A stretch of 32,090 bases of DNA from Candidatus Eiseniibacteriota bacterium (GTDB lineage: Bacteria > Eisenbacteria > RBG-16-71-46): positions 1-32,090 of the forward strand of contig JBEBGT010000002.1 of assembly GCA_040081365.1 (NCBI GenBank), in the 5' to 3' direction. The translations under genes were made by a program, and so were the position numbers. The notes under the pieces were generated by a model, which was given only the letters and a program-made list of their open reading frames with translations, was not told the origin of the DNA and ran no database searches. This document shows positions 13,975 to 21,917 of the stretch, one piece after another (position 1 is the first letter of the stretch; each line of letters begins with the position of its first letter).

Positions 13975-15882
13975 TCACCTCCCGGGGCGGGACTGCGCGC
14001 GCGAACGCGGCTTGCGATCGCGCGGAGGACTGGTGGTGCCGCGCGGGGCCGAGGCATCCGGCGCCGCGGGCGCATGGCACTGCTCACAACGGGTCGCGGT
14101 GGGCCGGTACACGATGGCCATGGTGCCGTCGCTCATGCGGCCGTTGCGATGGCACGCGGCGCACGGCGTGCGCGAGTGCGCACCCTGCAGCCGGAACGCC
14201 GAGTCGCGATCGTGGTCGAACTTGCGCGCCCCGATGAACGTGTTGAAGTCATGGCACGATTCACACGCGCCCTTGTCCTTGCGCACCGCGAACTGGCCGT
14301 GGTGCGTGTCGTCGTGGCAGTCCTTGCAGATGCGTGCCTTGCTGTCGAACTTGAGCGCGCGTAGTTCGGTGCTGCCCTTGAGCGTCGAACCGCCCGGCGC
14401 CTTATCGAGCTCGGCGTGGCACTTCTGGCATGGCACGGCCATGTGTGCGCCCTCGAGCGGGAACACGCAATCCGCGTGCGCGCGGCCGTCGTAGGTGGAC
14501 GGCTGGAATGCCGCCATGGAGTGGCAGGCGAGGCACGCCGCCTGATGCGGACGCAGCCCGCCCGGCGAGAACCGCCCCGCGTGGGGATCGCTGTGGCAGT
14601 CGATGCACGCCGCGCGCGCCGGCCGCATGCGCACGCGCGCCGGGCCGAGTAGCGCGGCTTCGCCGCTGCGCTCCGCCGCACGCGTGTGACACTTGCCGCA
14701 GGCCGTGTTGGCGTGCGCGCCGTCGAGCGGGTACTTGGTGCGCTGATGCTCGGGCACCGGCCAGGTCGAGGGTGAGAACGCCTTCACGTCGTGACAGGTG
14801 GCGCAGTCCGTGGGCTTGCCTGCCACCGTGGCCGTGCCCTGGTGCGCGTCCTTGTGGCAGTCCATGCAGCGCGCGAACTTGGGACGTTGACCGCCGAAGC
14901 GGGCTTCGTGGCAGCCCTCGCACTTCACGTTCGCGTGCGCGCCGCGCAATGGGTACTTGGTCTGCTCGTGGTCGAAGCCCGAGCGGTTGACCGCCTTCCA
15001 GTCGCTGGTCACGTGGCACTTGGCGCACGCACCCTTGAACCGGCCGGCATGCGGGTCCTTGTGGCACGAGATGCAATCGTTGTGCGCCACGGGCTTCCAG
15101 CGTGGCTTCCAGGCGCCCTTGGCGTCGCGACCGCTGTTCACCCCGGCCGTGGCATGGCAGGCCGCGCAGGCGGGCTTCTGGTGCGCACCCGTGAGTGGGT
15201 ATTTCGTGAGCGCGTGGTCGAAGCCGGGCGCGGGACTCCAGCGGATCTGCGAGTGGCACGAGGCGCAATCCTTGCCGAGCGCATTGTCATGCACGTCGCG
15301 ATGACAGGAGACGCACGTGGTCTCGAGGCCCAACCACGAGCGGGTGCGGTCCTTCACGCGCAGCAACGGTGCAGCTGGCGAGCGGTGCAGCGCGGGCTTG
15401 TGACAATCGCGACAGGCGAGCGAGCCATGTTTGCCCTCGAGCACGAAGCCGGCCTGCGCGTGATCGAACTTCTCCGGCGCGCCGCCTTCCCAGGCCACGA
15501 GCGCGAACGCCCGGCCACCATGGTCGGGATGGCACGACGCGCAGGCGAGCGTGGTCTTGCGTGCGTGAAAGCCGCGCTGGTTGGATCTCATCCAACCCAC
15601 CTCGGTGTGGCAATCCAGGCAGCGCTGGTCCATGCCGGCCTTGCCGCTGCCGTTCGGGTGGCAGTTGAAGCACGCCGTGGTGCCATCGAGTGAGGCATGG
15701 GGCGCGGACAGCGGGCCGGGCGAGACCTGGGCGTGCGCTCCCGCGGGCAGTCCCAGCAGCAGGCCCAGCGCGCACGCCGGTCCTGCGCCGCGCGCCCGCC
15801 ACGGGCCGCGGCCGTGCCGTGGTCGGCCCGGGGGCCTGGTCCTGGATGACGTGCCGTCGTGCGGGTCATGAGCCGCGCTCAT
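13975..15882 (-). CDS. Multihaem c-type cytochrome, 20 CxxCH motifs in 635 aa
   Basis: I counted 20 CxxCH motifs. The signal-peptide-like N-terminus is ...GPACALGLLLGLPAGAHAQ. ATG 15882 overlaps the upstream stop (ATGA, 15879-15882). The stop at 13975 lies 3 nt before the next gene's ATG. Confidence 0.93.
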   Translation of the reverse strand: MSAAHDPHDGTSSRTRPPGRPRHGRGPWRARGAGPACALGLLLGLPAGAHAQVSPGPLSAPHASLDGTTACFNCHPNGSGKAGMDQRCLDCHTEVGWMRSNQRGFHARKTTLACASCHPDHGGRAFALVAWEGGAPEKFDHAQAGFVLEGKHGSLACRDCHKPALHRSPAAPLLRVKDRTRSWLGLETTCVSCHRDVHDNALGKDCASCHSQIRWSPAPGFDHALTKYPLTGAHQKPACAACHATAGVNSGRDAKGAWKPRWKPVAHNDCISCHKDPHAGRFKGACAKCHVTSDWKAVNRSGFDHEQTKYPLRGAHANVKCEGCHEARFGGQRPKFARCMDCHKDAHQGTATVAGKPTDCATCHDVKAFSPSTWPVPEHQRTKYPLDGAHANTACGKCHTRAAERSGEAALLGPARVRMRPARAACIDCHSDPHAGRFSPGGLRPHQAACLACHSMAAFQPSTYDGRAHADCVFPLEGAHMAVPCQKCHAELDKAPGGSTLKGSTELRALKFDSKARICKDCHDDTHHGQFAVRKDKGACESCHDFNTFIGARKFDHDRDSAFRLQGAHSRTPCAACHRNGRMSDGTMAIVYRPTATRCEQCHAPAAPDASAPRGTTSPPRDRKPRSRAQSRPGR

Positions 15883-17312
15883 CCGGCCATCCGGTCGCTG
15901 CCGGAGTCGTCAGCGGCCAGCGCCTTCTTCACGATGCGCACACCGCAGCGCTCGACGAACGGGTAGGGGGCTTCGCCACCGATGCGCACGATGACATCGT
16001 CGGCCGGCACCACGACGTCGCCCGCTGCCGTGGTGAGCACGGCATCGTGCGCGCGGATCTCGCGCACCTGGCTGCCGAGCAGCAGCCGCACGTGCCCCGA
16101 CTTCACCGCCGCGTCGATCTTCGCGCGATTGCGGTCCTTCACGCGCCCGAACTCGGCGCCGCGGTACGACAGCGTGACGCGCGTGCCGTCCTGGTTGGCC
16201 AGGCCGACCGCGGACTCCACGGCGCTGTCACCCCCGCCCACCACCAGCACGGCGCGACCGGCGAACGCCTCCATCTCGACGATGTCGTAGAACACGTGCC
16301 CCTGGGCCTCGCCCGTCACGCCCAGCCGGCGCGGCGTACCACGGCGGCCCAGCGCCAGGACCACGCGCCGTGCCCGGAACCCGTGTTCGGCGGTGCGCAC
16401 CACGAAGTGCGCGCCTTCGCGCGTCACCGACTCCACGCGCGAGCCGGTGCGCACTTGCAGCCCTGTGCGCGTGATGATCGTCTGCCACACCTGCACGAGC
16501 GATTCCTTGGAGGCGTCCGACACCCAGAGGTCGCCGTACACCGGCACGCGCAGTGGTTCGGCGAACAGTACCTTGTGGCGCGGGTAGCGCGCGATGGTGT
16601 CCGCGAGCGTGCCCTGCTCCAGCACCGTGTAGCGCAGCTGGCTTGCCAGGGCTTCGAGTCCGGCTGACAGCCCGGCGGGGCCCGAGCCGACCACGACCAC
16701 GTCGAGGACGCCGGCTTCGGCCGGCGTGCGTTCCGCGCGCAACGAGGCCGCCACATGTTCCATGGCGAGCTTGCCTTCGTTGATGGCGTTCTTGATGAGC
16801 CCGCGGCCGCCGAGCTCGCCCACCACGTAGAGCCCGGGCACGTCGCGCGATTCGAAGTGCTCGTTCAGGTTGGGCACTTCCACGGTCTGCACGGCCTCGC
16901 CCGCCGTGACGAAGATCGCGCCCACGGGGCAGGCTGCCACGCAGTCGCCGTGGCCCTTGCACGCGGCCAGGTTCACCAGCGCGATCTTGTTCACGATGCT
17001 CAGTGCGCCGGGTTCGGGGCACGCGTCCACGCACGTGCCGCAACCCGCGCACTGATCGGCACGCACGATGGCATGCAGTGCGCCGCCGTCCTGGCCGGCC
17101 GCCACCGGTGTGGCGAGCGGGGCGCTGACGACCGCGAACGCCTGGAGCGGCGCCCGGCACGACGGGCAATGCGTGCTGCCGCTGGCGACCTGCGCGCGAC
17201 ACCGCGGGCAGGCCGTGCTCGCCGCCACCACACTGCCGCGTTGGCGGATGTGCTGGACGACGAACAGGGCGGTCAGGACGACGACGCCGAGCGTGGTGGG
17301 CCATTGCTGCAT
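15879..17312 (-). CDS. Membrane-anchored Zn-ribbon / 2x FeS (ferredoxin-type) / FAD-NAD(P)-binding oxidoreductase
   Basis: ATG 17312 (MQQWPTTLGVVVLTALFVVQHI, one TM helix) lies 1 nt after the upstream stop. The Zn-ribbon is CPRCx10CPSC. The ferredoxin motifs are CAGCGTCVDACP and CKGHGDCVAACP. The dinucleotide folds are DVVVVGSGPAGLSAG and AVLVVGGGDSAVESA. The track ORF start at 17540 overlaps the upstream gene and was rejected. Confidence 0.88.
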   Translation of the reverse strand: MQQWPTTLGVVVLTALFVVQHIRQRGSVVAASTACPRCRAQVASGSTHCPSCRAPLQAFAVVSAPLATPVAAGQDGGALHAIVRADQCAGCGTCVDACPEPGALSIVNKIALVNLAACKGHGDCVAACPVGAIFVTAGEAVQTVEVPNLNEHFESRDVPGLYVVGELGGRGLIKNAINEGKLAMEHVAASLRAERTPAEAGVLDVVVVGSGPAGLSAGLEALASQLRYTVLEQGTLADTIARYPRHKVLFAEPLRVPVYGDLWVSDASKESLVQVWQTIITRTGLQVRTGSRVESVTREGAHFVVRTAEHGFRARRVVLALGRRGTPRRLGVTGEAQGHVFYDIVEMEAFAGRAVLVVGGGDSAVESAVGLANQDGTRVTLSYRGAEFGRVKDRNRAKIDAAVKSGHVRLLLGSQVREIRAHDAVLTTAAGDVVVPADDVIVRIGGEAPYPFVERCGVRIVKKALAADDSGSDRMAG

Positions 17313-17313
17313 G

Positions 17314-18426
17314 TCACGGCCCCCCGAACACGTCGAGCCGAACGCCCCCCACCCACACCGCCACCGCCACGTGGATGATGACGGCGAACAGTGCGGTGAG
17401 CGCGAACGGCCGGTGCGCCACATGCCACCACGCGAACACCCGGCGCGTGGCCTCGAGCGCGCGCAACTGCTGGGCCAGCGCCATCTCGGTGCGGGCCAGC
17501 TTGAGCGCGTTGTCGAGCTCGTCGCCATGCAACGCTTCATGCCCCGCGCTGCCGTGTGCCCACTGCTTGGACAACCGGCGCAGCGTGCGCCAGCGCGTCC
17601 AGTCGTCCGAGGCCAGACGCAGGAACGTCTTCACGAGCCCGAGCCCCTCGTACGGGCGCGGGTCGAGCGCCAGGTCACGCTCGAGTTCCTGCGGCGTGAA
17701 TCCGGTGGCGACCGCGAGGTTCGTGAGCAGCGCGCGGCGCTGGCTGCCCGCCTCCTCGAGCGACAGCTCGAGCCCCGAACGGCTGCGCGGGATGTGCGTG
17801 TACAGGTAGCGCCCGACGATGCCCGACAGCGACACGATCACCATGGCGAGCATGCCCATGCCGATCAGCCCGTCGAAGTGCCAGCCCGCGTGCACCGCCG
17901 CGATCCCCGGCAGCGCCAGGCCCATGACGATATGCACGTTCATCCAGCCACCCAGCGCGCCGGTCCACGACAGCCACTTGGCCATCTTGCGCAGCGGGTA
18001 GAGCCACATGAACACGAACAGCGCCAGGGCGAGCACGCCGAACGCCAACCCCACCGGGCCGGACGACTTGAGCAGTCCGTGCAGCGGGTGACGCAGCCGC
18101 ATGGCCTCCGGCGCGAGGTAGTAGGGCAGCCCCCACGCGGTGACCAGCGCGGTGAGCCCCACGAGCACGAACAGCGGTAGGCCCGTTGCCGGATCGCGCT
18201 GCGATTCGGCCGCGGGCGCCGGGCTCACGACTCGCAGGGCAGGCGCGGCCTGCCCGCCGTCCGCGGCGGAGTGCTCCGCGTGGCCGGATCGGGGCGGCAG
18301 TGCGCCGTGCGAAATGAGTGGGGTCGAGGACAGTTTCGTGGCCTTCCGCAAGGGTTGTCGGGCGGGGTGGCAAGGAACCACAACGACTTGGGCCTCAAAG
18401 GGCCCGAGCCGCCGGCGAGAGGGCAA
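17314..18426 (-). CDS. Integral membrane protein (about 5 TM) with two Hx13H pairs; candidate dihaem b-type electron-transfer subunit
   Basis: Predicted TM helices lie at about aa 82-104, 123-145, 160-181, 186-207 and 333-358. The His pairs are H165/H179 in TM3 and H338/H352 in TM5, each with 13 intervening residues. The start is uncertain: 18426 is a TTG and only the longest option, and the first ~80 aa are not membrane-like. The stop is at 17314. Confidence 0.7.
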   Translation of the reverse strand: MPSRRRLGPFEAQVVVVPCHPARQPLRKATKLSSTPLISHGALPPRSGHAEHSAADGGQAAPALRVVSPAPAAESQRDPATGLPLFVLVGLTALVTAWGLPYYLAPEAMRLRHPLHGLLKSSGPVGLAFGVLALALFVFMWLYPLRKMAKWLSWTGALGGWMNVHIVMGLALPGIAAVHAGWHFDGLIGMGMLAMVIVSLSGIVGRYLYTHIPRSRSGLELSLEEAGSQRRALLTNLAVATGFTPQELERDLALDPRPYEGLGLVKTFLRLASDDWTRWRTLRRLSKQWAHGSAGHEALHGDELDNALKLARTEMALAQQLRALEATRRVFAWWHVAHRPFALTALFAVIIHVAVAVWVGGVRLDVFGGP

Positions 18427-18762
18427 AAGTGGTGCCGGGAAACCATCATCCGTGCATAATCAACTAGTACCGCTTCAAATGAGTCATAGTTCCCACAAAT
18501 GGCGTAAGATTATGTGTTCCATCACGTTTACGACCATGCCGGGTCAGCTCCGGTTTCCGGTGCGGCCAAGATCGTCGGTTGTTTTCGGCAACTCATGTAA
18601 GACGTTGGGACCACGTCGAGCGGTCGCCGGATTCCGGTCCCAATGCCTCCCACCCACGATCTTCGCCGCACAACCTAAGTGCTTGCAGCGGGCCCGTTCC
18701 GGGCCTTTCGGAGCGCCCCTCCCCGGTTGGAGGCCGCCCCGCCGCGTGCTAGCTTGGGTTCC
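18427..18762. promoter_or_regulatory. Divergent intergenic region with a locally AT-richer core (about 18440-18560); presumed promoters for the electron-transfer cluster and arginase
   Basis: This is the only stretch in the window that is visibly not GC-rich (e.g. catcatccgtgcataatcaactagtaccgcttcaaatgagtcatagttcccacaaatggcgtaagattatgtgttcc). It lies between divergent gene starts. I could not confidently identify a specific -35/-10 or operator. Confidence 0.3.
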
Positions 18763-19683
18763 ATGGCCAAGAAACGTCGCAACATCGGCATCATCGGAGT
18801 GCCCATCGACCTCGGCGCGGGTCGTCGTGGTGTCGACATGGGCCCGTCCGCGATCCGTATCGCCGACCTCGAGAAGCGCCTGGAAGAACTCGGGCACAAG
18901 GTCGAGGACTATGGCGATCTCGACGTGATGATCCCCGAGACGCAGAAGGTCGGCACCGGCAAGATGCGCTACAAGAAGCCCATCCTGTCGGCGTGCAAGG
19001 ACCTCATGAAGGCCGTCGACAAGTGCCTCACCGAGGGCCGCATGCCCTTGGTGCTGGGCGGTGATCACAGCATCGCGATCGGGTCCGTGGCCGGCTCCAC
19101 CAACTACTACGCGCGTCAGGGCGAGTCGCTGGGCTTGATCTGGTTCGATGCCCACGGCGACGCCAACACGCCCGAGACCACGCCGAGCGGCAACATCCAC
19201 GGCATGTCGTTGGCGGTGTCGCTCGGTTTCGGCGACCCCGACCTGGTGGGCATGGGCGGTCGCTCACCCAAGGTGCAGCCGCGCAACACGGTGCTCATCG
19301 GCATCCGCGATCTCGACAACGGCGAGCGCGACTTCCTCAAGAAGAGCGGCGTGACGTGCTACACCATGCGCGACCTCGATGAACGCGGCATGCGCGACGT
19401 GCTCGACGAGGCGATCCGCGCCGCCAGCGACGGCACGGCGGGCATCCACCTGTCGTTCGATCTCGACGTGGTGGACCCCGAGGACGCGCCCGGCACCGGT
19501 ACGCCGGTGTGGGGCGGCATCAGCTACCGCGAGGCGCACCTGGCCATGGAGATGTTCAACGACCGCGCGAACATCGTGGCGCTGGACCTGGTCGAGGTGA
19601 ACCCGGTGCTCGATTCGCAGAACATGACCGGGATCCTCGCCGCCGAACTCGCACAGAGCGCGCTGGGCAAGACGATCCTGTAG
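18763..19683 (+). CDS. rocF: Arginase (ureohydrolase family)
   Basis: The N-terminus IGIIGVPIDLGAGRRGVDMGPSAIR closely resembles bacterial arginases. The Mn-binding motifs GGDHSIAIGS, DAHGDANT and SFDLDVVDP are present. I chose the start at ATG 18763 (MAKKRRNIG...). Confidence 0.92.
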   Translation: MAKKRRNIGIIGVPIDLGAGRRGVDMGPSAIRIADLEKRLEELGHKVEDYGDLDVMIPETQKVGTGKMRYKKPILSACKDLMKAVDKCLTEGRMPLVLGGDHSIAIGSVAGSTNYYARQGESLGLIWFDAHGDANTPETTPSGNIHGMSLAVSLGFGDPDLVGMGGRSPKVQPRNTVLIGIRDLDNGERDFLKKSGVTCYTMRDLDERGMRDVLDEAIRAASDGTAGIHLSFDLDVVDPEDAPGTGTPVWGGISYREAHLAMEMFNDRANIVALDLVEVNPVLDSQNMTGILAAELAQSALGKTIL

Positions 19684-19699
19684 CGCTTCGCGCCGGGGC

Positions 19700-21766
19700 T
19701 CAGCTCGGCAGTACCACAAAGCGCGCGACGCGCACGCCGTAGGGCGTCACGAGCCGGGCGAAGTACATACCGGCTTCGGCGCTGGCCGGTACCGACATCT
19801 CGTGCCGTGCGGGGCTCGAGGCGCCCACGTGGTCGCGCGCCAACACGCGACCGGCCAGATCCATCAGCTCGAGCGTCGCGCCCGCGCTCCCGTCGGGGAG
19901 CTCGAATGCCAGGCGCCCGCCGCGGTTCACACGCGTGCCCAGCGTGCGGAACACTCGTGCACGCGGGGCATCCTGCCCCGCCACCGTGGGCAGGATGTGC
20001 ACGGGCCGGACCTCGCGAACGAAGTTCCCCGTCGTGTCGTACACGCGCATGATGATGATGAAGTCGGTGCCGGACCCACGAGACCAGATCTCGGGGCCGG
20101 CCCCGAGTGGCGTTTCGCCTTCCGCCGTGAGCTGTCCCCACTCCACCAGATAGGGCCCGACTCCGCCGAGCACATCCGCCTGGAACCGGCCCTGTTGCGC
20201 GGGGCCCAGTTCCCCGGGACCACGGATGGCGACCGACATCGCGGTACCGGTGACCACGGTCTTCGTCGCCGTCACGGTCTGCCCCACGGCATCGGTGTAG
20301 GTCATCTCGACGATCATCGTGCCGCCGCGGCTCTGGGCACCGATCGTGGCGGCGTTGTCCCGCCCGCGGATGATGACGCCGTTCTGGACCCGCCAATGGA
20401 GCTGGGCCGGCAGGATGCCGGTGCCGCCCGTGAGCAGATAGCCGAAGTCGCCGATGGTGCCGGCGGGCAAGGCCGTCGGGCCCAGGATGACGATGCCCGG
20501 CAGGCGCAGGCCAGGCTGGTCGCCGGCATAGACGTTGATGAGTGGGGAACTCACGACGTCGGTGTGTCCCAGTCGGTCGGTGATGCTCGCCTCCAGCACG
20601 CCGGTGCTCGCGAGTATGCAGGTCACGGTGTCGGTCGTGCTCTCGAGCGGCACCAGGCCGCCGCTCGCGGGCCGGAACGCCCACGAGAACGTGAACGGCC
20701 CGGGGCCGCAGCGGTGGCGGAGCTCGTAGCGCACGGGGTCGGTGGACCATGCCCAGGCTGGGCCGAGTACCGCGAGATTCGAGACCGGACCGGAGCCGAG
20801 GCCGCGGCTCCGGAACACGTCCTCGATGATGCCGAGATGCGCGCCCCCGTAGCGTTCAGCGTCCGCCCAGCGGACCGCGTCGGCGTAGCACGTCATGCAG
20901 CGCAGCGGATGGGTCTCGACCGCGGCGAACGCGAGTTCATCCGCGAGCTCCCCGATCTGCGCGCGCAGATCGAGCAGCGCACCGTTGATGATGCGTCCTT
21001 TGGAATACGGATCCGCCGGCAGCAAGTCCCAGCGCAGGTAGTTGTATTCCGCGGCCGTCGATTGGATGTCGTGATAACCCGCGGGCGGTGCCGAGTACTC
21101 GCCGATCCGGGTGTCGCCTTGCACGACCGCGGCGAAATAGTCCGCGATACCCTCGGCCACGGGCTGGGCTTCGCCCCGGTCGAGCGGGTAGGCCTCGGTC
21201 GGCATGCGCGGGTTGAACACGGCGTGTGTGAGCTCGTGCACGATGATGTCGGCGTCCTTCGTGTCCGCGAACCGGCCGCCGAGTCCGGTGCCGATCGTCG
21301 ACGCGGGCTCGATCACGCCCGAGAACGACCCGATGCCGACCTGGATGTTCACGCGGATGGGCAACTCCGCGAGCTCGAGTCCGTAGCGCTGCAGGCGTCC
21401 GAGGAATCGCTGCGCGTGATACATGACGTTCACCTGGTCGAACCGGAGGTCGTCCACCCCGAACGGCAGGTAGTCGAAGTCCCCGTTCGTGGTGGGCACT
21501 GCCCGGGGGGCCGCGGTCACCGACAATCCCGGGGCGAGCAGCAAGTCCCCGGGCGGGGACAGGAAGAGTGTGCACGGGAGTGCGGGTGAGAACGCATTCG
21601 GGCTCGCGGCGCGGCCGAGCACGGGAATGGTCGGCCCGGGGAAGACCGGAGCGAACGCGAATGCCGGCCGGATCGATGTCACGCTGCCAGCGAGAACCCA
21701 GAGCACTGCGGAGAACGCGCGAAGTCGACGAGCAGGACCCACGAACAAGGGAAACCTCGGAACCAT
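19700..21766 (-). CDS. Secreted thermolysin-like (gluzincin, M4/M36-like) zinc metalloprotease with a FlgD-Ig-like C-terminal domain
   Basis: The HELTHAV (HExxH) motif is followed by the AEGIADYFAAV third-ligand Glu motif, analogous to thermolysin HELTHAV...EAISDIFG. The signal peptide starts at ATG 21766 (MVPRFPLFVGPARRLRAFSAVLWVLAGSVTS). The C-terminal ~85 aa (nt 19700-19957) read LAFELPDGSAGATLELMDLAGRVLA...GMYFARLV. Confidence 0.85.
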   Translation of the reverse strand: MVPRFPLFVGPARRLRAFSAVLWVLAGSVTSIRPAFAFAPVFPGPTIPVLGRAASPNAFSPALPCTLFLSPPGDLLLAPGLSVTAAPRAVPTTNGDFDYLPFGVDDLRFDQVNVMYHAQRFLGRLQRYGLELAELPIRVNIQVGIGSFSGVIEPASTIGTGLGGRFADTKDADIIVHELTHAVFNPRMPTEAYPLDRGEAQPVAEGIADYFAAVVQGDTRIGEYSAPPAGYHDIQSTAAEYNYLRWDLLPADPYSKGRIINGALLDLRAQIGELADELAFAAVETHPLRCMTCYADAVRWADAERYGGAHLGIIEDVFRSRGLGSGPVSNLAVLGPAWAWSTDPVRYELRHRCGPGPFTFSWAFRPASGGLVPLESTTDTVTCILASTGVLEASITDRLGHTDVVSSPLINVYAGDQPGLRLPGIVILGPTALPAGTIGDFGYLLTGGTGILPAQLHWRVQNGVIIRGRDNAATIGAQSRGGTMIVEMTYTDAVGQTVTATKTVVTGTAMSVAIRGPGELGPAQQGRFQADVLGGVGPYLVEWGQLTAEGETPLGAGPEIWSRGSGTDFIIIMRVYDTTGNFVREVRPVHILPTVAGQDAPRARVFRTLGTRVNRGGRLAFELPDGSAGATLELMDLAGRVLARDHVGASSPARHEMSVPASAEAGMYFARLVTPYGVRVARFVVLPS

Positions 21767-21917
21767 CGGTCGAACGCCCGGTCCGGGGGAAGTCGTCGCA
21801 AGCGAGCCTAGTGCGGGCCCGGACCTCGGACAAGACCTGATTTCATACCCACGGGCCCGGTCGCAACTCCCCGACACCGCAACTCGTTGCGGCCGAAATG
21901 GACCGGGTGGGCCGCTC

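Noticed and set aside
15730-15882. Arg-rich N-terminus of the 20-haem cytochrome (RPRHGRGPWRARGAG) as a twin-arginine (Tat) signal
   Set aside because: There is no S/T-R-R-x-F-L-K-like motif. In addition, c-type cytochromes are exported unfolded by Sec and matured in the periplasm. A Sec signal or a slightly later start is more likely.
17313-17540. N-terminal 76 aa of the track ORF 15879-17540(-)
   Set aside because: It overlaps the 3' end of the His-pair membrane-protein gene and is Trp/Arg/Ser-rich. ATG 17312 lies 1 nt after that gene's stop and starts a TM helix.
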